A stretch of 64,000 nucleotides of DNA from Podospora anserina (taxonomy: Eukaryota). The notes beneath the pieces are model-generated. The model was not told the DNA's origin and did not search any database. It saw nothing but the letters and a program-made list of their open reading frames with translations. This document shows positions 13,893 to 25,300 of the stretch, one piece after another. The stretch covers positions 310,001 through 374,000 of the forward strand of contig CM030334.1 of assembly GCA_017654855.1 (NCBI GenBank). The letters run 5' to 3'. The position numbers were made by a program, and so were the translations under genes. Each line of letters opens with the position of its first letter. Position 1 is the first letter of the stretch.

Positions 13893-15728
13893 ATGGTAGA
13901 GGACTCGGCGTCGAATCCGCCTCGGGTCGACGGAGGACGTGTCGGAGACAAAGATTCCAAGACATTCCCGCTTTCGGCACCCAACCGAGGTGTCGACAAC
14001 CTCAACCGCAAAATGCAGCCTCACCATGACACCCTCCCCCTAATACCACCGACCGCTGCAGGCCACCCGCAAGACGCCCCAGACGCGACACCGAACCAGA
14101 CCCCAATCGCACGCGACCGACCAGCAACCATGGCCGTCGGCCCTGCTGCCCACACATCCCAGCAGCAGCACCAGGCAGCACCATTTTACCCTCGCTCAAC
14201 CTCCCCGACCCACCCGCTCGCCGTCGACGACTATCGCCAGCCTACCCTCCAGCGCAGCGACTCGCAAGAGAGCAGTTCCACAAACATCACCGACCGCGTC
14301 TTTACCCCACCTGTGAACGGCAGGGGAGCGAGCCCTGGCACCGCCAGCGCCCACCAGTCAAGTCAAGGATCGTCACAACTCCTCCAATTGTCTCAGATCG
14401 CCGCCGCCCAAGAGAGAATACCCGAGACCGCGATGGACCCATACGTCAACGGTGCCTCGTCGCGGAAGAGGATGGCCGATGGTGCCGTCAAGGAGGCATT
14501 ACGCGACGGTCAGGTCCTCATCTCGCCAGGCCAGACACATATGGGTGGCCACTCTCGAAACCCCAGTGCCGTCAGTATCGCTTCCACGACGGGAAGCCGT
14601 GTTGGAGAGGTGCATTGAATCCGGCACAAGTCTCCCCTATCGCAACAGGCATGCTAACCCGCCATACAGGTATCCGCCGAACTCAAGGCGCGCTTGTCCT
14701 ATGCCATGGTTAAGGTGAACCGTGGCTGGCAAACACACTCCATCGACGAGGTTGAAGATCTTGCCTCCAAGGCTGCGTCCCCCACCTCAAGTAACTCAAC
14801 AATACACCTCAGAAACGGGTCGTCAGCAAGCCCACAACTGTCTGGTGGGTCACAGCGTGCTAGCAACAACACAACCCCTGCCACGGCCTTTGCACAGCAA
14901 CTACCAGGACGACATGGAGATCCCTACGGGCGAGAGCCCCCATTGATGCCTTCTCGTGGAAGCTCGATATCCCCCGTCAAAAATACTGCCCCAGGTCTGG
15001 CCCCTCCCGTGTCCATCCAACCATCCCTGCATTCCGTCCACCCGCGGAGACACTCCAACCCGAGACTTACACCATCCCTCCTCTCAGTCTCATACCACGG
15101 CTCATCATATCCGGATCTTCTGAGCCCCGGCCAGTTACCGGGTTACGCCAACGCCGCACAGCATCGACCATCGCTAGTCGATGCCATGGGGTTCTCGCCG
15201 CACCAGAACAACGCTGAAAAGGATGCCATAGAATCCCTGCTGTTCATGAGCAGTCCTGGAAACTCGGCCAATCTCAAACATGCGTTCCCCTCATCATCGC
15301 AACCGCTCCCAATTGGTCACTCGGGACCATCACGCACAGCACTGCCTTCGGGCAGGAGAACATTACCAAGCTCAAGGCCGATGCACCACCATCACGCTCG
15401 GTCGCAATCCCAGGTCCAAAAACGTGTAGAATTCGAGAAGCCCATCACCGAGACGGAAGTTGACGAGCCACAAGGGACGCCCAGGGGGAATGCCAGAAGG
15501 CGAATCAACGGAGGACCCGGTGACGGCGCGCCTTCTCGGCTGAAGCACCTACCTGTCTCTGCAGGTCTCACGTTGTCATCCAAACCGCCACGGCCCGTTT
15601 TGGCTGATACCGACATTGACCGAATGCTGGAGGCTGCGGCTGCGGCTGCAGATTCGGACTCGGATGGCGAAATAGAGCTCCCTGTACGCAAGGCGCGCCG
15701 GGACGGCGCTCAACCTGTTGTGGCTTAA
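13893..15728 (+). CDS. Whi5/Nrm1-motif G1/S transcriptional repressor-like protein; intron 14610-14669
   Basis: Spliced sequence ELKARLSYAMVKVNRGWQTHSIDEVE matches the Whi5-like motif. Many SP/TP (CDK-type) sites. Intron GTGCAT...GCTAAC...CAG. Confidence 0.85.
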
Positions 15729-16334
15729 GGCTGTTGATTTTCTTTGTCAGCGGGGGTACTGCACCCGAACGAGTTGAGCACTCGGCAGACTTGCTCTCCG
15801 AGGGATCACGGTTGTGTTTTTTCAATATACGTTTCACTCATGGGTAGGGATGGCTTCAAGCCATTGCAAGGCAGGGCTGCATTCGGGCCGGATCGGAGTT
15901 GGCGTTTTGGTACTGTGGGCTTCAAGCGGGTCAGCTACAATAGCTATGGGCATCACGTTAAGCGAAGAATGGGGCGCTCCTGACATGAGCGTTCTCTGTC
16001 TTTTGACGCGAATTTGACTTGCTATTGGTTCTCTTATGACATGTCTTTCCTGCCACGGTTGTTTTGGCAAATCGGGTTCATACCGTGAGCCGAACTGTAT
16101 ATTATTGATCATGTTCATGTTTTATTTTCCGAGGTAGGTCAGTATTGTATAGCTGCTCACCCCTACTCTCTAGTCCATCAGAGACTCGAGCTATGTGGTT
16201 TTGGGTTAGGGGTTGAGGCGATCACCAAATATATCATGTTTTGTCGCCAATAGTCTTCATTATGTGCTATTCTGTGTTACGGCCTGAACAATATCGGAAT
16301 CTGGATATGGACGATTTTCATTTCCGTTCTGGGA

Positions 16335-16470
16335 CCTGAGCAGTCGCCGCTTTAACCTGAGCAGAAGTGGAGATATCCTGAGCAGTGGGAGTAAGAGCCT
16401 GAGCAAGGCCTAAGCAGGGTCAGTAAAGCACTGATTAGGGTGAGTAAGGGCCCTGAGTAAGGTGAGTAAG
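16335..16470. repeat. CCTGAGCA array with 21-bp periodicity, plus degenerate TGAGTAAG copies
   Basis: CCTGAGCA starts at 16335, 16356, 16377 and 16398; variant CCTAAGCA at 16409. Confidence 0.8.
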
Positions 16471-17520
16471 GCGCCGTTTTTGGGTTCGCCACTTGATGTC
16501 TGGGTAGCCATTCAATTCCCAGGTTTCTCTTGCAGAGGGTAAACCGCTGATTTGATCGCGGGGAGATGTATACGCCGATACGTCACCCGTACCCCTCATC
16601 ATGCTTTCACTGGCCCGGGTGTGGCCCTGAATCCACGAACGTCTGGAACGCCTACGCTCTATATAACTTATACATAGTCTTCGAAGGAATATATACAACT
16701 AAGGACGAATAAAGGGCCGGTCTGTTCTGCCGCAGTTAAGGGTGTTGACAGCCTGACAAACAGATTTGCAGATTAACTCATCGTCTAAAGTGTTAACCGC
16801 AGTCTAATTTCTTATATAACAGACAAGACGTCTATCCTGAAGCTTAGTTCTAGGCTTCGGCTAACTCAGTATCGAAAGCGTCGACAAACTTCCAGCTAAG
16901 GTCGCCCTTTTCTACCCAGATGTTTTCAGTAGCCAGTTGCCTTTGCTACTTGGACTTATACTCGATGTACCCCTTAGTCTTTCGTCGTGCGATTAGCTTC
17001 TTAAACTCGAATAGTTTCTGGACAGGTTCGGATTTAAATTAATAATAGCTCCGAAATTAATATTGTTGTTTTTTACCTAACTATTAATACTTTCCGAGTA
17101 TTTTACCTACTTTACTTGATACTACACCTTTTTCCAGATTTTACCTTTTATAATTAACTTCTTTATATTATAAACGTTATTATCAATAATCGTTTACTTT
17201 TTTTTCTTTTACGTTAGATCGCTAGCTGGTAGTTTTCGAGACTGTTATAATGTAATATCGATAACCTTATAGCCTTTATGAAACCATTATTCTATTGTGG
17301 ATTCTGCGGTAGATATATATGTAAAAATACGTATAGTAGAGTTATTAATGAACATTAAGTTTGTTTCTATCTATATATTTAGGATAAATAAGTCGTTGTG
17401 ATTGATAGGTAAACGTGAACTATCGAAATTAGGTAAAGACTAGCGATTGAGATCTATAAATATATCATTAAATGGGGACGAGAGCGGGGTATTTAAATTA
17501 GGATCGTTATTATCCGAGAC
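16435..17520 (-). pseudogene. RIP-degraded unidentified gene
   Basis: TpA-rich, CpA-poor block with a residual frame (ORF 16435..16698). Confidence 0.35.
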
Positions 17521-17529
17521 GCTACTATG

Positions 17530-19200
17530 TTAGGTATTATAATGTGGAGAGTGTAGGGTTAGCGTCTCGGTTACGTTGAATTGGCTGAAGTTAGTTTCTG
17601 AAGTATCAATAAACTTATGGCTAATTAGTCGGGAAGAACGACGTTTAGCGGTCCGTTTCCTGTCTGGTTGTTCGCATGGCTGATCTTCTACTAACTGGGG
17701 CGTGGCCGCTTTCAGAAGCTCCAATCCCATCAACCTGGCTCTCGCCTAGCACGATTCCGGTGCGAGATTTGCCACTTCTATTGGCGTCGCATATGTGATG
17801 CCAGAATTCTGACTCCGATTGAACTTTGGTATTGCACAAGAAATGCGGGCATGGAATGAGATTCTCGATGCCGAAGCCTTGAATATGTCGCTGCCAGTTG
17901 TGTCGATCCAGAAATTGCTTCATTCGCTTGTCCGCTGGTAGGCCTTTGTTCCCGAGACAACAGGGACAATATCCGGCATACACAGTGGCATGACAGAACG
18001 TCACTAGGTCGCACAAGAAAGGTACAGGACCATGGCTGATGTGATCTTGACAGTGGTGTTACAACCTGCACCGGGAATGGATACAGACTGCAAGGCAGTA
18101 CGCCAGAGGTGAATATGACAGGATAATCGAAGGTTGTGACAAGCGTCTCAAACAAGGGGTTCACTGTCAACAACAGGTCGTTCTACAAAGAACTACTTGA
18201 GAGTAGATTGTAGACAAATGAACTTGATTGCTTGCGTGAGGAATCAGATTCCTCGACACGGAGAGCGCTGGGCGCTCCCTCCTATTTATGTGCAGCTATC
18301 TACATATGTTTCTGAAGTATCTTTGTACCTTACTCAGTGTGCTCAGTGGTCTTGGCGGCTGAGCAGACTGAGCAATCTTTCATGATCGATGTGCTCAGTG
18401 TGCTCAGTGGTCTTGGCCACTGATCAGACTGAGCACCTCCTGATTGGTCACATGGGGACTTTGTGGGTCTTCCCATCCCTGGCCCAATGATTGGCTGAGG
18501 TGTCCCAGTACCTCGGGAACCACCCAGTGGTTCCTTCACGGGGTTATTATGCTTGGGGCGTAACAAGTGGTTCTCCCAATTCTTTTTGCCGGCTAACCCA
18601 CTTGCTGCACTGGAAACAGAACTCTGCAGAACCAGATCCAGCTTCATAATAGCTTTTGGAGCGTCATAATGGCTCCATTATATCTGCGGCAGATTGTTCT
18701 TACCTTGCAATTTCTCGAGTGCGAGAAGGAACTGGACATTTACCACCCATGGGCCGTAATACTTCCTGGTACGCAATGCGGGAGTCGTTTGTTCGAAGAG
18801 CAATAAGGTCCTGTAGCGCTAGAACCGAGCACTCATATCGGAGATTTTCCTGTATGTTGGCGTTTTGCTGATACTCAGCGGCTTTACTGATGCTATGCTC
18901 GATCTCTTGGCACTCGTTTTCCGCGGCTAGCAAACGGTTGGAGAGGGTAAAGATGTAGTCTTTTTGCTCCGCAATCCTCCTCAGCGCCGTCCGTCGCTCT
19001 TCCTTCCTTACTGCAAGCTCCCTCTTCAACGTGCTGAGTTTGTTTTTTTGGATGTCATTCTCGGGCGATGGCAGTGAGGCGGTATCACCACTAAGGAGGT
19101 CCGGATTGATTTGCTCGCGCTTGCACTTTATGCCCTGGTGTTGATTCCTGTAATCATCTTCGGGAGATGTCCTTTGGCGCTGCGAAGAGTAAGTTAAAGT
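17530..19200 (-). pseudogene. Coiled-coil + Cys/His Zn-binding protein resembling the C-terminus of DUF3435 (Starship captain) proteins; split by a solo LTR
   Basis: After removing the LTR: LQDLIALRTNDSRIAYQEVLRP..KCPV...AEFCFQCSKW..WENHCQDHI...GYCPCCLGNKGLPADKRMKQF..W..H...CPHFLC...FWHH. No recombinase core is visible. Confidence 0.6.
18057..18565 (-). mobile_element. Solo LTR (509 bp), TSD AGTGG
   Basis: TGTTAC...GTAACA termini with AGTGG at 18052-18056 and 18566-18570. A near-identical inverted copy lies at 32850-33292. Confidence 0.95.
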
Positions 19201-21599
19201 CAAGGATGGAGTTGAGTGGAAAGTTGCAATTAGCAAATGCAAACAAAACCCCAAATCGCCGCATCCAGTAGGGGAAGACGAAGCATCCAGCCCGGGCGAA
19301 ATGTGCGTCAGAGCACTCACGGCGATGGCCGACGGGTTGTATGAGGGGGCGAGTGAGCGAAGGGAACAGGGGAAACAGGCGAACAAGGCAAAGGGAGATG
19401 GAGGGGCAGGGACCAAATGAAGAAAATTGGAGCGTGGAGTATAAAGAAGGAATATTAGAGAGAAGAGGCTCTATTTATATTGTGGCTACAGATAGCTTCG
19501 ATAGTTAGAGATAAGATGGAGGAGGATACGGCGCCGTTATCGGTGGCCGAAATATTCCGCTTTTTGGTCATGTCACTGTTCTTGATTGCTTAATCTGGCC
19601 CTCTTTCTCCCATGATACTCTTATTTGTATAAATATCGATGGGGCGAGCCATAGGAGAAGATCCTTAAATATTGAATTGTAGTATCCACATCGGTCTCAA
19701 TAAGTTTAAAGCTACGTAGGCTAAATACTTCATATTGGTCAGTCGGAGCTAATAGCTCTGGCTTGCTCCTCGAATATTCTAAGACTTAAATAAAAGCGGG
19801 CGAGTAAAATTGTGTGCACTATATACAGCACTTATTTGTGGATTTTAGTGGGGCGAGATTAACGGCTTCTTAAAGAAAGGATCGGGTGCGCTATTGTCCT
19901 CGAGCATACCAATTTTCCGAAATGGGTCGGGAACTTTTAATCTACCTTTCGAGAAGTAATCCACTTCTACTATTTATATCTGCTTGTCTCAGCCGCTACC
20001 AACCTAGCTACAGTACTCGCAGAGTTCGAGGGACCTTATTCTAACCGTTTCTTGAGCTTAGATTAAATAAAATGTCTTCGTTGGGCTCAAAGCATCCTTA
20101 CATGTACTTGGCGCTTGTGCCTCTTTAGATAGTGGAGGGGTTCATGTCTCACCAGAAGAACCAAGACATTTATATCAGGATATATACAGATCCTCTTAAA
20201 CCTTCCTACCGCTTTTAGATGCGGATGGTTTCGATACGGAATTCGATAACCCGAGCGATGAGATGCAGGATAGCTTCATATATCTGTGGCCTATTAGTAG
20301 GACAGGATAAACAGCGGAGAAGGGAATACTACCAGGAATCAAGGCCTTGAACTCAATAGATGTGGATGGAGTTCATCGGTCCGGGGTGAGTGTGGACTAG
20401 TCTTCTCAAAGAGAAATCTTGTCAGCTAGGAGCGGAAATTGGCGCTCAGTCTCTTGCAATCTTCTTATATGAATTTGTTCTTATGACTTCAAGTTCACCG
20501 TGTCCCTGTCCCTGTCCTTGACATAGCCACCTTTTTCAGAACCCTGGTGTCGATGGCGGGGTGTTCTTGGAGTCTCGACTTCATCATGATCCCCACCTTT
20601 TTCTCGGTAGCTACGGCCAATGATGATGGTGGCTGTGGGCATTGTTTCTATGGACTTCCATTGGCGGGATATTAGGCTTGGAAGGTCCTGGCCGAAGCTG
20701 TTGACGAGTATTTGAGAGTGGTAGACGTCGTGGCTGTAGGAGGTAGCTACCAAAGCTCTCATACTCTGAGAAGAGGATGCCAGGTATGCTGGTAGGGCGG
20801 CAGTGAGTTCTCGGTGTCCATGGGAGGGGTCACGACTCGATGAGATCCTCTTTTATTGTTCAAGTCCAGGTGATGGGAAATTTCCTGACACGTCTCGTCG
20901 TACCCTCACATAAAGTGTGCGCGGAAACCGCGAGGTTGCAGGGCTGCCTGGGAAACGGCGCATGAAAGAATATCACGACACTGATATGTACACAGATCCC
21001 CTCTCTCTGGATGCAGCACGACAATTCACGAGGGCTACAAGGAAAGGTTTGTATCAGGCAAGTACATTTGTCCAAGGTGAAACGTAGCGCTTCTGCCAGC
21101 AAGCGCACAACGCAGATAACAGTGCTGCCAACATCAGTGACTTTCCCCTTTCCGATGTACGGCTGCCCAGCCTGCCCACCGGAATGGGAGGATGACTTGC
21201 CATGCCTCCATGACTCGCTATGCTTCTCTGGTCTGTGATTGCACTTCTTTTGACTACCCCTCCTACCCCGTCAGTGCCCGTCCATTGTTCCCGAGTGCAA
21301 ACCCCCACGTCTCACCTTCCACTAACCTCCATTTCCTCCCCCTCTTTCTCACCGTACCACCTCTCCACCTCACCCACCATAAGGGCATGTCATTCCCCAC
21401 CGTGGCCCAACACCCCCGTGCCGAGAACACACCCTAGGTAGCTGAGCTCCCAGGCCCCTCGTCACCCCTCTGCTAGTTTATGGGTCGTCGTGCCGGAAGG
21501 CTTTCGCACCCGTAAACCATTCACAATGACAGGGCCTGAGACAAGACGTTTCAGTTTTACCCCCTTTACCTGCATTACCCGTTTCTCGATCTCGCCCTT

Positions 21600-22280
21600 T
21601 AAGGTTTCCAATTCATTCTCATTTGTTATATCACTGGGAAGAGGGTAGGAAACTCAAAGTCAATAGGAACGATCCTGTTATTGACACGTAGAAAGTTATG
21701 GAGCCTTGGATCCCCATAAACAACCCCGTTTTCCGTAAGCAGATTATACATGTCCTTAAGTTCCCCCAGAAGGTGAGGACTCTCTAGCTCTTCAGTTGGA
21801 AGATTGCTTAGCGACACTCCTTTGATGTATTCCAGGAGAATGGCAGGAGTGGGCCGCTGGCTGATCTGGTACATCCTCTTCGCGTAGCTGACGGCTACTT
21901 CACCGAATAAAAACGGGATGTGGGTGCCCTGGAGCGGTTAAAGATGCAAGTATGTGTCGATTTCGTTTTCGTAATTATCAGCCTTGCTGGGGTTTCGCTC
22001 CTTTAGAATGACAGTTGTCGGCAAGAACCACTTTGGCAGCAAACGCTGTAGCCAGAAGCTGACGAGCTGCGGTATCCAGAATAATAGCCAGCAAGCAATT
22101 GGATTCGGCGGGATATCTAAGAGAAAGACATTTCGATTCGCGTAGATCCGTTTTGCAGGCGCTCAAAAACGTCGGAAGCCAAACTGTATATCCTATAGTA
22201 CTCGCATCAATAACAGCAACTATCAGCCTTTAGAAGTTAAAGTATATACCTTAATCTCGTAATCTTTACCGTCTTCCATC
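21600..22280 (-). pseudogene. Protein-kinase-like (fungal accessory-type) gene, degraded
   Basis: WFLPTTVILKE...NEIDTYLHL*PLQGTHIP...AILLEYIKG...VVYGDPRLHNFL...IDFE gives the Lys, Glu, HGD-type catalytic loop and DF motif, with a stop and frameshifts. Confidence 0.7.
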
Positions 22281-22899
22281 TTAAAGGGTAGAGTGACGGA
22301 GTAGAATGGTGAAAACGCAGGAAAATTAAATGAGGTGGGCTTGGCTTAAGGTTTTATAGAAAGAGGAGGGTAGCACAAGCAAACGAGTGGGATCCACTTT
22401 TTAAAACACCAAAACTAAATTAGTCGGAAGCTACAGATATCAGTACTCGAGGCTACGAGTATCGCAAACAACCAGTCTATTCCCGTCCAAGACAAGATTT
22501 CCATTCGCGTCAACCCTATGCCATGCACCACTCTCCGGATTAAATTTCTATATATAGCCATTAGGATATGCTGGATATTACTCGCGCTCGTTATTCCTAT
22601 TAATCCAATAAAGACATCCTAACCACCATTCGAATCTGCGAATATAACCATCCAAGATCACTGCCGGGGCTCTATCAGCTTGCATTTTCTGAATCTAATG
22701 GGTCAACGTCCGGAAGAAGCTATAGTATAATATTACATAGTCGCTTAAGAAAAGAAGTCCCGTGACTTGGCAGTCTTACTACGCGATAAGCTCAGCCGAC
22801 TAAGCTTGAAATATAAGGATCAGGAGGAACTGGCCGTCAAATACTAATACAGCGAGGCATTTATATTTATAGCAGTATCTATCAATATAGCTGTCAGCA

Positions 22900-23473
22900 G
22901 GTAAGTATCATTATATAGCTATTATACTTACGCCCTCATCTCCTTTCCTAGCTAGCGACGATTAATATCTATTAGCCTTTCTCCCGTCTATCTTGCGACC
23001 TCGATTATCCTATGCCTTTTGAGTTTCCTTATTATAAAACAACGATCTCCACATCCCTAAGTAAAGTCAATAGTCTGACTGGCATTAGTGTAGCTAAGGG
23101 GTCCTGATTCTGACCGTTGGATAATGGGTGGTGTTCCTCGGCTTTGGAAGGCGAACTGGATAAGTTCGGAGACTTTAGTATAGAATGTCCTAACACTATC
23201 GCCCTCATTCTGTAACCATTCGGTAGTGCCGTTCAAAGGGTTCACCTCCCTATTTAGGAGATAGTCATTAAAAGTATTTTTAACCCCGAACACGTTATTG
23301 ATCTGCTCTTGGGTAGGGTTTGTATAAAATTGATAAAATTCTCGGACCTCGTTATAGCCCGATACCCAGGTCTTCTAGGACAGAGTAGGTTTGCCGGCTC
23401 CTGGTAATGTGTGAAATGAAGCAATGCTATTTGACAAAGGGGCCTGAAACAAAACGTCCCTTAAACTAGCCAT
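22900..23473 (-). pseudogene. RIP-mutated REase/PD-(D/E)xK-like gene
   Basis: MASLRDVLFQ...QNEGDSVRTF...TIDFT*GCGDRCFIIRKLKRHRII. Reversing G->A changes gives a D...GELK motif. TAG stops sit at Gln/Trp positions. Confidence 0.5.
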
Positions 23474-25039
23474 ATTATATACTGAAAATAGAAGGAAAAG
23501 GTGATTGTATATTGATGATAAATGGCAGTAAGCGTGGTCTGGTTTGTCGAGAACAAGAGACGGCTATGGAAGCAAATAGGGGAGTGTCAGCCAGACTTAA
23601 ATAAGTTAACTGCCTTCACAGGCAGGGTGTGCCTTGGAAGTGAGGTTCAACTATGAAATGTATGGGCCAACATTGCGACCAACAAGATACAACGTTATTT
23701 GCTCCCCTGCAAGCTAAGACTCATCATGCCTAGCGCCCCGAATCCATGATACATAGAACAACTCCTTAGCAGCGTGCAGCTTATCACCCACTCCTGAACA
23801 AAGCGTTCATTGGTGAGACGTGCTGCATCCCTTTTTGGCGGCTATGAGTACTCAAGTTGGATCGACGTGCGGCCCACGCTAATGCATAAATCCCACACGA
23901 GAAAAGCGAAAGCAGACGAGGAAATCACACCACGATGAGGGATAATTGCAGGCTCTGGTCCAATCGTTGGGTGATGAGAGAAGACTCATGATGTAGGGCG
24001 CTACGGCAGCCATATCATTAGCTTGTATTTATATACGGTTGCCTGGGCGGGCGGCCGCCCGTATTCGTCCAGCGCTCTTCGTTGCGTGGCAAGTCTAGGC
24101 ATAGGAAAGCGAAAGCAGACGAGGAAAAGCGGAAGCAGTGGGTGATTGAACGCTAAAATAACTGCACTAAAATAAGCTGCATGGCAGAAACGATGGTTCA
24201 CCACCCTTGAGGTAAACCGACCCTTTTCCCACACCCTTGACTAACATAAGTGGGGTTTGCCAAGTTGTGAAATGACTTTTTCGGAATTATACCTGGCGGG
24301 GCAACTTTTATTCTAAGGCATTGGCAGCCGTACCATCCCTGCAATGATGTACGAGATGAATCATGGTGAAGATGGGTATAAACTGTAGGATGCGAGTGTC
24401 GACATGTATATTGTCAGAGATGTCGGTGCTGCTTACTCCAGTGACCCAGCCAAACGGACCCACCAGAAATGCTTGTGGCAGCCGTCTAGACTCCTTCAGT
24501 ATCCGAGATAAGTTGAATGATGTACTTCGTGCATGAAAGGCAGAGGCGTAACGGTCTGTATGGGTTCAGGATGCTGACATCAGACGAAATCCGTGATGTC
24601 CTCGTCGGATTTCGGTATGGAAGTCCGCTGATCCTGGACAGCTACTTTTCTCAACAACAAACATATCAAGGAAAATTTTGAGCATGTTTCTATGTAATAT
24701 ACCTCTATAGGTACCTACCACGTTATTTTCTAAAGATTTGACTGGTGGCGAGCCAACATATCAAGCATCAATTCATAGAATAAAGTTATCGATAAAACAA
24801 GGAACGGCACTTGGTCCTGTACCAAGATTGTTTGGCCACAGAAATTTGATCACATAAATCACGGAGGATCAGATACTCTTGACAGGTAACAAGATCACAC
24901 TTCCTTTGCCTTGCCGCTACATACTCTTCCTGTTTCAGTGTGCAAAGTGTTGTCAGTCAGTGATGGCTCTGCAGTAACGTGAATAACTTACATCCGGTCT
25001 CTCAGGAAAGACTCCAATCGAAGATGCGAGAAGATGCCA

Positions 25040-25300
25040 CTGAGAAGGAAACCGCGATAACAACGGCATTCGGCGGGATTGTGGGCGGTTGTATTGAGCC
25101 TATAGCAATCTGTGATGACATCGGTAGACAATTATGTGGAGGCGGATGTGCCCCATGGGTTATACCTGCTGCCATGAGGGGGCCTGTGCTCCAGGTTGGG
25201 AGTGCCAGTTGGGTGATAACATGGGTGCTGTTCCGAGAGTGGGGGATGTGTGGGTAACGGCGGCGTTATCCATGCGCTGGCCTAATGTCAAAACCTTGAA
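25040..25300 (+). pseudogene. Cys-rich protein fragment with a frameshift
   Basis: GGCIEPIAICDDIGRQLCGGGC / PMGYTCCHEGACAPGWECQ is split across two frames. Confidence 0.3.

Noticed and set aside
16335-16470. CRISPR-like array
   Set aside because: The repeat is only 8 bp with 13-bp spacers, in a eukaryote, with no cas genes.
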